NCBI RefSeq assembly: GCF_006345805.1
Contig: NC_043004.1
Coordinates: forward strand, 67,394,001 to 67,458,000
Reading direction: 5' to 3'
Length of the DNA stretch: 64,000 nucleotides
From: Octopus sinensis
Taxonomy: Eukaryota
The notes below the pieces were generated by a model. That model ran no database searches, was not told the DNA's origin, and saw only the letters and a program-made list of their open reading frames with translations. Below are positions 11,329 through 23,817 of this stretch, one piece after another (position 1 is the first letter of the stretch; every line of letters begins with the position of its first letter). Made by a program: the position numbers and the translations under genes.

Positions 11329-11624
11329 AAAAATATTTGATTACACCTGCCTTAACTCCATTTTTTTATTCATATTATTCAAAATATTCAACGTAAACAC
11401 GAAGTTTCTACCTTTATAAACAAGGAGTTACAACACCTTTACTTGTGCGATTTTTGCTGCCCTGGTGACTATTATTATTTTTTTCCGTGTTAATTGTTAA
11501 CAAGGTAAAAATACACTCACCTATTTATATATATACAGAGGGACAGACGGGGTGCAAAATCAGTGACATCGAGAAACACACAGAAACAGATGCATAACAT
11601 TTTATATATCACTTTGTGTTAATA

Positions 11625-11975
11625 AAACTGCTTTAGAGATATGTGGTTTCGGGTTCAATGTCGCGGCGCAGTACCTTCTCAAAGTGACTGCTACCATTAT
11701 CCTGTACGGACCAATTCATGCAATATGAATGGAATTAGAAAAAGGAAGCTTTGAAGAGGCGCGTCTTTTATGTGTATGTGTCTCTGTGAATCCGTGTTTT
11801 CCCGCCACACACACACTTGAAAACGGGTGTTAGTTTGTTTATGTCGCCATAACATAGAGAAAAGACAAATGAATGCGATGCAGAAACTACCAGACATATA
11901 AAAATGTATCCAACGAAAACCATTCATGGTGGAGCTCCAGTATGGCCGCAGTCCAATTACTGCAATAAGTAAAAG
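11625..11975 (+). mobile_element. SINE family C, old degraded copy
   Basis: ATGTGGTTTCGGGTTCAATG..; tail GGTGGAGCTCCAGTATGGCCGCAGTC. Confidence 0.6.
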
Positions 11976-12054
11976 ACAAAACCGAAAATATACGCTTTCA
12001 ACTTGAGCGTCTGAAAGCAGATTTAACGTTTCAAGCTGTTTTTTTTTTCTTCTC

Positions 12055-12760
12055 TTTCCTTTCATTGGTAACTTTCACTTCGTCTCTATTCACTCTTGCA
12101 GACAACTAACCATGGATATTTGGTTCTTTATCCATTTCTTTTTTATAATATTTTAGAATTCTGCTCCCGCTTTTGATGTTGCGTTTTATTCTTCCGTATG
12201 TAATTCTGTTGTGTATTTTTTCTTCATCTAAATATGTTTTTTTCTTCCTTTTACTGTTGTGTACATCGTATCAAGTTTATAATTCATTGTCTGCTTATTC
12301 ACATCGATAAAACTGTTTTCTTTCATGTTACGCAATTATTCCAATCAGTCTGCCGTTTCTAACATCTAAGTATTTTCCTTGATCCAATGAATTACTATCA
12401 AATATTTCTCTGTATATGCATTTCTCCTACCTGTTTGTAATAATGATATATTCCATTCCATATTTGTGTTAAGAATACAGATATTAGTTTTCTAGTTTTC
12501 CTAGCAGGCCTTTACTTTACACTTCATTAACTTTCAATTTATTATATTGAAGATGTACTTTATGACCAGGATGTCTAGTGTATTTATCGCTGTAATCTTA
12601 TTTCTAGTATTAACTTTCAATCTATTACATTGAATCAGAGACGGCTAACGTATTTATCCTTATATTCTTATTTTCATCAGATGGTACATTTTCTAATATT
12701 ATTCCTGATACAACATCAGAACAATTTTATAATGTTCTAATTCCTTTTCTATATATTGTC
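12055..12760 (-). mobile_element. Old R4/Dong-like non-LTR retrotransposon fragment (post-RT region)
   Basis: Minus-strand translation RLKVNTRNKITAINTLDILVIKYIFNIIN* resembles R4-clade LNS.NKI.AINT.A.PV..YSF.II.W; further on KEPNIHG*LSARV resembles K.LHGQ. Confidence 0.6.
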
Positions 12761-12921
12761 TCATTGGAGATTCATATATTCGTAAGTAATGTCAATGTTA
12801 GATCTTATCGGATTCAGTGATTTTGCAGTTTAAATCTAAAATATTTTCAATTGTAATTAATATCTCCCGGAGTGGCTTTGATTTATTTCTCTAACTCCAG
12901 TGAAATCACAATAAAAGCTTT

Positions 12922-13739
12922 GTATTTCTGATATATGTCTAAAAATATGATCCTAAATGCTATTTACTGGCTTTCAGAATCTGTTTTTGTCTTACACACA
13001 ACACATATACCTTTCCAAGAGATAAAAATCTGTAAAACACACGACACGTAATCAAATAGGGTTGGCGAAACGTCACCCGTCAGTAAATCAAAATTCGAGA
13101 AATACTTAATATTCAGCTTTATTTATTCAATCCAGTTATATATATTTAATAATAGAATGCTGTGAATTACAATCACCGTTTTCTCTTTTCAACATTTGTC
13201 TATTTATTAGCGAAGTCTCATATGAAATATTTTTTTGTTTTAATCTTGGAATTAAATGGAATTACTGACAGGTGATTTTTGCCTACCCTATATAGACAAC
13301 TGGTCTTCAAACGGAGTATTGCACCAAATTAGGGCAGTATTCCTGATATATGTCTAAAACTTTGATCCTAAATGCACTAATGCTATTTCCCGGTTTTCAT
13401 AATCTGTTTTTGTCTCACAGACAACACATATACCTATCCAAGGGATAGAAATCTGTAAAACACGCGACAAATGAAATAGCGATGGCGAAACGTCACTCGC
13501 CAATAAATCACAATTCCAGAAATACTTAATATTCAGATTGATTTATTCATTCCAATTATGAATATTTAATAATAGAATGTTGTGAGTTAAAATCACCGTT
13601 TTCTTTTCTCAACATTTGTCGAATTATTTTGTTTTAATCTTGGAATTAAATGGTTTTGGTTTACTGCCAGGTGATTTTTGGCCAACCCTGTATTGACAAG
13701 GGGTCTTCAAACGGACTATCGCACCAAATTAGGGCAGTA
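12922..13739. repeat. Head-to-tail duplication of a ~400-415-bp unique unit
   Basis: GTATT(T/C)CTGATATATGTCTAAAA at 12922 and 13337; both units end GCACCAAATTAGGGCAGTA. Roughly 80% identical by eye. Confidence 0.92.
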
Positions 13740-14047
13740 GAAGGAGTATTTTTGAGTATTGTTATAAAAAAAATCTTACGGTTACTGAAAATTTACTTCC
13801 GGGAAAATCTTCCTGTGCAACGCATAATCATAAAGCATATTATCAAGAACGCTCCATGTTAATGAAACGGCCTGTGCCTGAAGTTGATGAAATTGATTAG
13901 TCCTCTCCCTTAAAATTTCAGATCTTCTCCTTTTAGTAGAAACGATTATTTGTATTAAGACGGCGAGCTGGCAGAATCGTTTACACGCCGGGCAAAATCA
14001 TATTCATCTATGATTAATAACAGAAGTTAAGCAATTGTTTATTTTTC

Positions 14048-14139
14048 CAATACATTTATAATTCTCAATACATTTATATGTTCTCAATACATTTATAATT
14101 CTCAATACGTTTATATATTCTCAATATATTTATAATTCT
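14048..14139. repeat. Minisatellite, five units alternating 18 and 19 bp (CAATACATTTATA..TTCT)
   Basis: Units start at 14048, 14066, 14085, 14103 and 14122. Confidence 0.9.
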
Positions 14140-14169
14140 AACGTATCCTTTTAACGTTTCATGTTTTAC

Positions 14170-14965
14170 AGCTTCCAGACATTTCATGCTTGACAATTCC
14201 CAAACGAAGTATTTCACTATATTTTAACATTCCGTGCAAAATGATGATTAATTAAATATGTCATTAATTTTTTAACTTCCTATGAGAACAATACCTGTAT
14301 TTTGCAAGCTTTTATGCTAAGCGTGTCTGTAATTTTTAACTTATGTTAAATGCAACCGTAACATTTAATCTTCCGTTGAAAGTGGGCTAGTCTATTCCCA
14401 TGCAAAATGCGTCAGCAGTCTTTTACATTTCATGCAAAGTATGTCGGCTACATTTCACTTTCGATGCCGAATGTTTAAAAAATTCAATAGGAAGGTTTTC
14501 ATTATTTTCATTCTTTTTATTATTTCATATGAAGTGTAACAGCATTTTTAAAGGGTCGCAGTTCTAGAACATAACATTTTATAAAGCATCTTTAACTATT
14601 TTCATAGAGAAATGTTCCTATAATTTTCAACTTTCCATCCAAAGAGCAGCAGTGGATTATAAATTCTATACTCTATGCCTCAGTAATTTTAAATTTACTA
14701 TGCAAATTATGTCAATATTTAAATTTCTACGTCAACTGTGCCAGGAGTTTGTTTTTTTGTATTACTTTGGAATGAATGTGCCTCAGTAATATTTAATTTA
14801 AGATGCAAATTGTGTCAATAATATGCAAATTTACATTAAAGGAATATCACTAGATGTTAACTTTCCATGTTAAATCTACCGGCATTGTGGAATGCATCCA
14901 ATGTGCAACAGTAAATTTTAGCCTTCCAAGCGCCGCATAGCGGTAATTTTTAACTTTCTATATTC
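14170..14965. repeat. Highly degenerate ~30-35-bp tandem repeat
   Basis: Recurrent ATGCAAA..GTCAGTAATTTTAA(A/C)TTT-like units. Confidence 0.5.
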
Positions 14966-15856
14966 ATATAGTGTTGAGGGTGTTGTACTTAGAATCGTAG
15001 GGTCGTCCTTTCGAATCTTGGATAGGGCAGCGCGTTGTGTTCTTTTGTAAAACGTTTCATGTCGCGTTGATCAATTCCGTTGAGATACAAACGAGCTCCA
15101 GCAATAGCTAGAGAGACACCCTGTGGTGGACAGACATCCTAGTCAGTACGGTGAGTTTTACACTTCAGTGGTAGGCCACAGAAACCGAATTAAAGTCCGG
15201 CCATATGATACCTCATATTCAAGGTAGAGCTGAGTAGAGAAAATTCTTTCTACTCTGAGCAAGAGGCCTGAAATTTTGGTGGAGGTGTCTAATCAGTTAC
15301 AGCGATGCCAGTTCTCAAATGGTATTTATTTCATTGAGTGCTACAGGTAGAAAGACAAAGCTGACATCGATAGTATTTGAACTGAGAAGGTAAAGAGTCG
15401 GAAGAAATACTACTATTAATTTTACCCGAAGTGTTAACCATTGTTCCAGTTCACCATCGTGATTTAATTCTAAATTATGCGAATTGCACAATAAAGCAAA
15501 AATATTTGACAACCGATGATCTAATCTTATAAATTTTGTTTTTAAATTAACCACTGAATCCAGTTTCCTCTTTATGGTGTTCCTCTAGCAAAATATGATG
15601 TTTCATATAATTTCTTATCTATCAACCAAAATGAGAAGACGTTTGAAAGAAATTGATGATAGACTAATTTAGATGGAGGGAACACTTTGCACTTTCGATC
15701 GGAAGCTGCACGGGAACATAGTTGATATGATATATTTATGATATATATAATATTCCTCGTGCATTCTCATCTTGTAAAAGCCCCATTTCAAAATGCCTCC
15801 CATTTTTCTCTTCACATTTGAACATTATTGAAATACTCTTTTGGTACTGAGTAGTT

Positions 15857-16107
15857 ATATAGTGTCAACTTAATGTGACAGTCCGATGAAGGGAATCACA
15901 CTACTGCTATTTAGGCCTGTGAAGCAGCAACGCTTCCTGTCGGTATTGACACATTTCCTGTGTCCTTATGTTTACAAGAGGGAGACAAGCACCTCCAACC
16001 AGACAAGCACCTCCACCCAGGCCGACAGGAATCGTTAATGCTTCCTAGGGCTAAATAGCAGCGAGGTGATTCCTTTCATGGGACTGTCATATTGAGTTGA
16101 CAGTATA
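15857..16107. mobile_element. MITE with ~90-bp terminal inverted repeats, TA-flanked
   Basis: Left TA-GTGTCAACTTAATGTGACAGTCCGATGAAGGGAATCAC.. vs right ..GTGATTCCTTTCATGGGACTGTCATATTGAGTTGACAG-TA. Internal AGACAAGCACCTCCA direct repeat at 15983 and 16001. Confidence 0.85.
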
Positions 16108-17539
16108 CAACTCTACTGTTCCACTACTGCTTATATCTCTCTGAGATTTTAGAAATGTAATAACTCGACTTTTAGTACTGTTGTATTACAAATGAAAAGG
16201 AGCCATGTATACTATGAATAGATTTTAACTCCTTTTGACAACCAAGGCATAAATTTATTACAGGTTTGTTTCTTTTTTTCTCCGTAGTTCAGGTCCTCTT
16301 GTAACATATTTGTTATATTTCTCGATTCATAGCTGTCATTATAGAAATACAATTTCAATGTATGTTTGGAACACACTTTTTCGATCAGTAGTTTGTCGGA
16401 ATACTTTCCCCTCAGTTGAAGAGATCTGATATTTTCTGCTCGGGTAGCTTGTCAAGGGTAATTCTGGTCTCTCTGGTCTCTGTATTAATTCTTGATTACC
16501 GTACCTGCTGTGCAATGTTTATTGATTAACTGTTTTGCCTCATTAACCAGTAATTTTGGACTTAATTAATTTCATAATCCTTCCGGTTACTAAACACTCT
16601 GATAGCTAAATTTGACAACGATGCTGATGCTACTGTAATTTCTTTCACTCTCTTTCTCTTTCCTTCTATCTATTTACATCGGATTTTATCTCTCCAACTC
16701 TGTTTCTCTCGCTCTTTTCGTTCATGATTTTCTTAAACTATTCTGCCAACATAATATTCTGGATTATATATCTTAATGTATTTGGATTTAGGTGCTCAAT
16801 GTTATTTCTACTCTAAGTGTTTAAAATTGATGTTCTTATAAAACCTTTAGTATTCGCTGGAATGATAAAAATCTCGTATGAGTACTTACATATTTCAATT
16901 ATTCAATTATTTACTCCTCACCATGATAGCGTTTCGTTCTTGAAACTATTCACGCTCAATACATGCTTTGTGTTTTACATATTTGTGTTGATATTATACA
17001 AAAAACATAGTAATATGGCGCTGTCATTTGCCTGCAGGTTCCCTAAACTGGAGCTTATTTCGTCTTCCTTCTTGTATTATATACGAGACCTAGAACATAA
17101 ATTCTCACCATGTGAATGGGACACTAGTCCATCGCAGAATTAACCGGTAGCTGATAAAGAAACGTAAATTGCTTGCGGAAGTATACAACGTACCCCAGGC
17201 AGCAGACATTCAGTCATGACTTCATTTTTCTCAGCCCGTGTGCCGAAACACTGGGCCACGCAGGTTTCCCGCTTTGATATTACACGATATAGGCATTTAT
17301 TATATTGTCAATACTATATGATAATATCATATCTTTTATATGGCACTATTTGGAAGGAAGAAGCACAGGGTTAAAAAATGTGTTCTTTATTTAGGATCAA
17401 AAGCCTTATCCTAAGATAATCCTGAATATAGATGTATATATCGTCCTAGTATTTGTTTAATCTTTAAAGTTATTGTCACATTTTGAACATTATCAATGTG
17501 AAGGGGAATAAACAAATACACACACACATTATTTCTTTA

Positions 17540-17795
17540 AATTCTTACAGTCTTTCTTCTGTCATTTTCTTGTATTTCCTTCCAGACGTTTTGCATTTTT
17601 TTCTTATAACCTCGTAGAGACTGTCATCCTCGCCAGGCCTACTAAAGAAATAGCACTCTATTAAAGCTACATTCAATTTCTCCGACCATTTTTCTCTGGC
17701 AACAGCTGGATCACGACCTGGTCGGTGCCACCAAACCATGGGGCAGTGACGGGCGTAGCAACTCCAGCATTACTTTCCTCCAGCATCATTCACGC
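17540..17795 (-). mobile_element. R4/Dong-like retrotransposon, N-terminal ORF fragment
   Basis: ORF 17545..17739: PGRDPAVAREKWSEKLNVALIECYFFSRP, then with a frameshift RGYKKKMQNVWKE and MTEERL. Resembles recalled R4-clade KWS..EN..VMECY..S.P...GYRKRM..IW.E..TEQRL. Confidence 0.7.
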
Positions 17796-17884
17796 GCGTA
17801 TTTTAATTCAATAGTTTTTCTATTTCATTCAAAATGGGATTGGTATTGACGGGGTACCGCAAACATCAGTAATTTTATTTATAC

Positions 17885-18115
17885 CCATTTCTGTACAACC
17901 CACAAGAGGCTAAACACAGAGAGGACAAACAAGGACAGACAAACGGATTAAGTCGATTATATCGACCCCAGTGCGTAACTAGTATTATTTAATCGAGCCC
18001 GAAATGATGAAAGGCAAAGTCGACCTCGGCGGAATTTGAACTCAGAACGTATCGGTAGACGAAATACTGCTAAGTATTTCGCCCGGTGTGCTAACGATTC
18101 TGCCAGCTCGCCGCC
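17885..18115 (-). mobile_element. SINE family M, monomeric copy (head + long unit)
   Basis: Near-complete reverse complement of 6-236. Confidence 0.9.
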
Positions 18116-18489
18116 TACCATGTCTAGAGGATGCTTACAACATCCTCTAGTGTGTGCGTGTGCGTCTATGTGTGCGTGAGTGTGTGTGGTTTGTGAGAGA
18201 GAGATATGAAAGTGTGGCTAACTCACATGCCTGTGCGTATATATACATACATATGTATGCGCGCACACACATTTACAAATATATGTAAGCGTATGTATGT
18301 GCATTACATGAACAATATAATTCAGAGTTTGGTAAATGACGGGAATATTATTATAGTTTCAAAGCTTACATATTTGAGACGGTCGCACATTAGTAGCAGA
18401 CGATTCGAAGACTTCGTCTATATATCAATTACTATTATTATTATTATTATTATTATTATTATCATTATTATTATTATCTGCACGCTTAG

Positions 18490-18830
18490 CCGCATTTTGT
18501 CTGTGTTCAAATTCCGCCGACGTCGACTATGTTTTTCATGCTTTCGGGGACGACAAAATTAATTAACAGTGAAACACTGAGGTCGTTGTAATTGACTAGT
18601 CCCGTCCCTCAAAAATTCAGTCCATGTGACTTTAGCAGAAAGGATTATTCTTATTATTCAAGCGGCGAGCTGACATAATGGATAAAACGCCGGACGAAAT
18701 GGCTAAGGGCGTGCCGTCTGTCTTTATACTCCGCTCAAATTCTGCCGCGGTCGACTTTGCTTTTTTTTATTTTTACGACGTCGATAAAATAAGTGCCAGC
18801 TGAGAACTTGTGCCAAAGTTTGGAACTAAT
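18490..18830 (+). mobile_element. Two degraded SINE family M fragments
   Basis: GTGTTCAAATTCCGCCGACGTCGACT at ~18502; AAGCGGCGAGCTGAC head at ~18660. Confidence 0.7.
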
Positions 18831-18914
18831 ATCATTAATACCATGTTTTGTTAATAGTTGTTTCAATAATTTTTTTGGCCACCAAGCGCTTTTTAGTGCT
18901 TCTCAATAAACTCT

Positions 18915-19075
18915 TTAATACCTCCGCTTTAGCAAAGGCGGAGGTATTGTTTCCAGCCTTGTTTTTTGTTTGTTTGTCCGTGGACAAGATATCTCAAGAC
19001 GATTTCGGATGCACCTTTCAGGGATGTTTGGCTTCGTGACTGGCACGGTACCTGACAAGGATTTTCTATTATTTG
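18915..19075 (+). mobile_element. Helentron-type non-autonomous element (HINE-like), 5' part
   Basis: 5' palindrome AATACCTCCGC..GCGGAGGTATT (18917-18948), TTTG/CTGT-type repeat and GACAAGATATCTC; collinear with 55251-55450. Confidence 0.75.
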
Positions 19076-19449
19076 TTATATTTACTTTACATAAAGTATT
19101 ATGATCTTACGTTATCTTCCAAGTCTTTCTCTAATTATCTCCCTTGAAAGCACGCTCTTGGTTGCCACGTAAGTTATGTCGGCGTTGCTGATTCAAAAGT
19201 TTTATTTTCGTTTCTCTATTATTAATTTTACTGGTGTCTCTCTCTCAGTAGAGACTGATGGATAAAGAAATCAAACTACATAAACAAATGACACTAAAAT
19301 CATTCACAAATTAAATAACACTAACATATTCAGCAACAATAATAAATTCAATTTATCCCCGAAAAATTTTAGTTTTACCAATTTAGAATACATCGCTCCT
19401 GTTTAAAACCTCTTACCTACTTGAAAATTGCATTTCTTGCTCCGCCTTG

Positions 19450-19720
19450 AAGGAAGTTTCACTTCTTGGACTCACGTTTTTGTGCACAACGATGCTGTAA
19501 AACCTCCGTTAACAGCACCATATGCTGGTGCTTTCCGCTTTCTTTCATGAACGGATGAATTTTTCACTAAAGGCCTTCTTGGTCGTAAAGACACTATATC
19601 AGTGGAGACTAAAAAAAGTCTCCATAGAGAAAACTGACCCTGTCCCAACTGCAGACGAAACGCACACATTACAAACTCGACCCGCAGAACCCACCTTCAC
19701 ATTCCATCACTACCATTGCT
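19450..19720 (+). mobile_element. Gypsy/Ty3 LTR-retrotransposon integrase C-terminal remnant
   Basis: Translation THVFVHNDAVKPPLTAPYAGAFRFLS*TDEFFT..GRKDTISV/RLKK resembles THVF.R.DAV..PL.PPY.GP..V..R.DK.F....G..DT.S.DRLK. Confidence 0.8.
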
Positions 19721-19729
19721 ATCGCTCAT

Positions 19730-19905
19730 GTGCCGGACAATGGTTCTGGATTATTTTACCGATTTTTTTTCTTAATTTTTGAGAGCAGTCGGGTCATTTT
19801 TAGTATTATCATTTGTGAGAACAGTCGAGTTTATTTCAGATATTCTCTAATTTAAGAATCATCTCCGGCTAATTTTTGAGAAGGTGTTTGCGCTCTCTGA
19901 GTGTT
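19730..19905 (+). mobile_element. Helentron-type non-autonomous element, 3' part
   Basis: Collinear with 55420-55620, ending TTTGCGCTCTCTGAGTG (3' hairpin). Confidence 0.75.
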
Positions 19906-21399
19906 ATTGCTACTGTTGTGTTCGGCGGTAATTGTAAGAACGTGCTTGTATTTTACACATAATTTATAGGAGTGGATGTTACATATATTTGTTGAAATAA
20001 TATTGATATGTTTTCTTATTAATTGCATCATATTTTATGTGTTAGAGATTGCTACTATATCATTTATTTGCCACTATACATACGTGTTTTTAAGGAGCGT
20101 CAAAATGCTTAATTCATACTGTAAATAGTTTTGCAAAATTCAGCTCGCGGTCCATTTTCTTAGATTGTCGGCAATGTTTTATGTACTTGTATAGTATTGT
20201 TACGTTTATTAACGGCATCATTTTATTTTTTTTTTGTTCATACATTATTATTCATGGATTATGTATTGTTATCGTTTCATTTATTAAAGTTCTACGCTTA
20301 TTACATTTTTTAAAAAGCATCTATGCAACCTATTATTTCATTGAATGTACATGGAAGGGTTTATAGAGTTCATGCTACTTACATCAAATATAAACATCTA
20401 AAACAATACGTATCTTTCGAATGATGAGAAATTTTGTATGCGATTAGATACGGAACCAATACTACTAAACCATACGACATAGTTATACCTTCTACCGTTT
20501 GTTGTTCTCATTGATTAAAATGAAATATAGCAGAAACATGGTCCATGCAACATAATATCAAACAGGCTCACACATTTTGGGAGGAATGTTGTTGTCAGTT
20601 GGACGAAATGAACGCCTGGTTCGAACTATTTTATGGAGAGAGAATGAAGAAATCTTTTAGAAATGCTAGTTGTTAAAGGGACGCTATTCAATATGCAATG
20701 CATTTCGTTGATATTTAAGTATTATCTAGATAAGTAATTTCTAAAAAGTATTTTGAAATCGAAATCATTAAATAATATTTGTGACTTCAACATCTATTGC
20801 AGTCGAAAAGAATCGAAATACATTGAAAATTCTATATCTTTGCTAGATATCTGCGACATAATGGACTATAGAAATATCTGAAAGCTATGACTATCTCAAT
20901 AACGAGATTTCATATGTATAGGCTCAGTAAAAGAAATATAAGGATATACCTTTGTGGATTTTGCAGTTAAAATATCATTTCTCCACAATAAGATAATTGT
21001 TTAGCTATTAACAGAACGAAGTTTGGACTGGATTTGAAATATTAAATCTTGTTTCTGACAAGGGAGCCTGTGAAATACAGCGTTTCTAGGAGAGAGAGAG
21101 GAGAAAAAGACAACAGAAGGACCGATAGTTATGAATAAGGTATTTGGTTTTATACTACATATGGAGAATTTTCATTGTACTATCACGATATCTATAAAGG
21201 CAGGATGTTTTGTAAATGGATAAAGACAAATAGTTATTGGAAAGCAGAAAGAATGGATTTTCTGACATGTCTGCCTTCTCTAGAGTGATGATGTCTAATC
21301 TTTTCTAGCAGCATATTTTAACGGAGGTGGTCCCAATATTATTAGGGAAATGCGGTTGGTAAATATAAAAAAATATATTAGCGATAATATTAATGATGG

Positions 21400-21700
21400 C
21401 TTTGACTACGATAATGATAATAATCATGATAATGGTGTTGATAATGATACTTGCGATAGTGGTGGTAGTTGTGATTCTGCTCTTTTAATGCTGCTGAGGA
21501 TAATGATGATGATGAAGTTTATGCTGATGCTGATGCTGAAGTTAATGGCGCTGGTGGTATTGCCGGCAATCGGTGAGAGAGTGAAAACAATGGCGGTGTT
21601 GAGGATCATGCTGATGACGGCATTCACGATGATGATGTTGATGATAAAAAGATAATGCTGACAATGATGGATCGTGATGGCGATGGTGATGAAGATGCGA
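21400..21700. repeat. Degenerate (GAT/GCT/GGT) trinucleotide tract
   Basis: Directly visible. Confidence 0.85.
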
Positions 21701-22368
21701 TTCTCTATAGCCATTGGAATATCAGTGAAATATGTGAAAATTTGTTCTTATCCGCCGGGAATTTAAAAACAAACCAAAAATTTATATTACATTTAAAAAA
21801 TCTGTTCAAAATGTCTTCCATCCTATGAGAATTTAGACCCACACCGCAACGTGTGCAACAACAGCAACAACAAAATCACAGCAGTCAGAGCAGCTGCAGC
21901 AAAAACGCTAACACAAAACGAAAGAATCAAGAACAAAGACGACGATTAAGACGCAAAATGCGATGAAGATGTAGCGTTTAGGAAACATTAGTATTAGAAT
22001 AGGAGGAAATTTCACAAAACAATATGGCGAAGAAACAGGGGAATAGCTGGTGCTTAAAACAACCATCGCAACAGCTAAATAAATAAACGTTTTGCTTTTT
22101 TAAAAAAAAGAACAACAAAACCGAAAAGCAACTATAGAAGACTATTGTTAAAAATCATCACCAGTGATGAAAATAACGGAGGTGTGAAAAGAAAATATGA
22201 ATGTGTGTGTGTCTGTGTGTGAAATAAAGAGCCGTTTTAAATAATGAGAGAAGAGAGTACAGCTCGTGGTAGAAGAAAGGAGAGAGGAAAGAGTATCGAA
22301 GAGACATTTATGAATATATATATATATATATATTTACATATATATACATACAAAAATATATACATACA

Positions 22369-22401
<33 letters not shown>

Positions 22402-23784
22402 GCATGTATATTATTATATATATTCGTGTGAATGTATATATGTATTTAGAGCCAGGGCTACCGCAAAAAATATATATGCATCAGAGTATGAAAAATTGGG
22501 AAGGAGAATAAGGAGAGAAAATTACAGAAACTACGAGAAGAAACAGACTGTGTGAACGAAAGTTCTTTTCAGCAATGAAAATAAATCAACAAATACATAA
22601 ATAGATAAATAAACATATTTGTTTGTGGATTGTTTCTATATTGGTTTTTATTTGTTTTATTGTGATTTTATTTAGTGTTTATTGTGATAATTTTTCGGTT
22701 GTTATTAATATTTTTTGCGTTCCACTAAAATTACCCCTTTTTATTCGCTTTTTCAATTCTACCCGCCACAATCGCACAAAATATGTAGTTAATCATATAC
22801 TGAACTGTTCAAAACTAGAATGTTGCCGCTTAGAGCATCAACAAACGTGATGATTTTCCGGATATCTCCCTAAAGAAATTAATTGTTTCATTCAAAATTG
22901 TCACAGAAATAGAAAAAATAAAAAAAATATTCGGTTACACATTCTCAACCCATCAAACCCATACACATATGTTCATACACGTTAGCTTACACATAAATAA
23001 TAGCGCTCCTTTTTTTTATATTTCCAGCTTTATATTTCTTTGTCTTCTTATTACCTTCTCCTTTCTCTATTTGCTTTCCTCTTTTCTCTCACTCTCTCTA
23101 CCTCACTCTATCACCCAGTCTCTCACTCTCAGTAATGCATTCTACCGCTCTATTTAGCTGTCTGTTTTCTACCTGCGGACACTACTACACACTATTTTCT
23201 TTCCCTCCGCCATCGCCTCTCTTTCTGTCCCAGTTTGTTCATCTCTATATACATCACGTATTTTCCCTTTGTGTACATATTTCTTGTATTCCAGCATCTC
23301 TATGCCTTTCATTCTCACGTATCTTTCTTATTCTCCTAGTTCTTTATTTCTTTACATGTAAATATGCCTCAATAGAACTCCTTCGTTATAGCTATCAGTC
23401 TATCTATTTATATCCCTCAACTCAACCACACACATACACACACGCCCGCGCGCATAAATCACATAAACGCGTCTAACTTCTGTAACATACAAACATACAC
23501 ATAAGAGTTGTCCCATCACAAATCTAACGCCATTCTTTCAAAATTCTCCATTCTGCAACTAGAAGACAATCCTTCTATTCTTATTCTATCTCCAAAGAGT
23601 TTTCATTGAAAGCCAGCATGTTTCTTTATATTTCTCTGACATTGTGCGTGCATGTGTGTGTGTATATGTGTGTGTTTACACATATGCGGACACTCATGTG
23701 TGTGAACACACATGTTCACAAACTAAAGAGGGATAAATTTTGAAACATGTGTAAATAGGTTGACCTTTGAAAAAAGAAACAGGG

Positions 23785-23817
23785 TCTGACGTTTCGGAAA
23801 GAGCTTTTCGTCATAAA
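23785..23817 (-). ncRNA. Degenerate minimal hammerhead-like motif
   Basis: Minus strand TTT-ATGACGAA-AAGCTCTTTCC-GAAAC-GTC-AGA. The GAAACGTC box is intact and the spacing equals that at 52535-52569, but C3 is lost and stem II pairs poorly. Confidence 0.4.

Larger units (their letters stand above)
10627..11378 (+). mobile_element. 5'-truncated Penelope-like retroelement with inverted terminal-repeat (pLTR) copy at its 5' end
   Basis: ~165-bp inverted repeats (10627-10792 / 11212-11378; 5 substitutions and 2 homopolymer length differences) enclose a GIY-YIG C-terminal fragment and a 3' UTR. The repeat contains a hammerhead ribozyme. This is a known PLE insertion architecture. Confidence 0.85.

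Noticed and set aside
17147-17170. CTGATAAAGAAACGTA
   Set aside because: G8 is missing, and there is no stem II or stem I.
21820-21965. Q/S/R-rich 45-codon frame (EFRPTPQRVQQQQ..RRRLRRKMR*)
   Set aside because: Low complexity, no start or splice support, and no recognisable homology.
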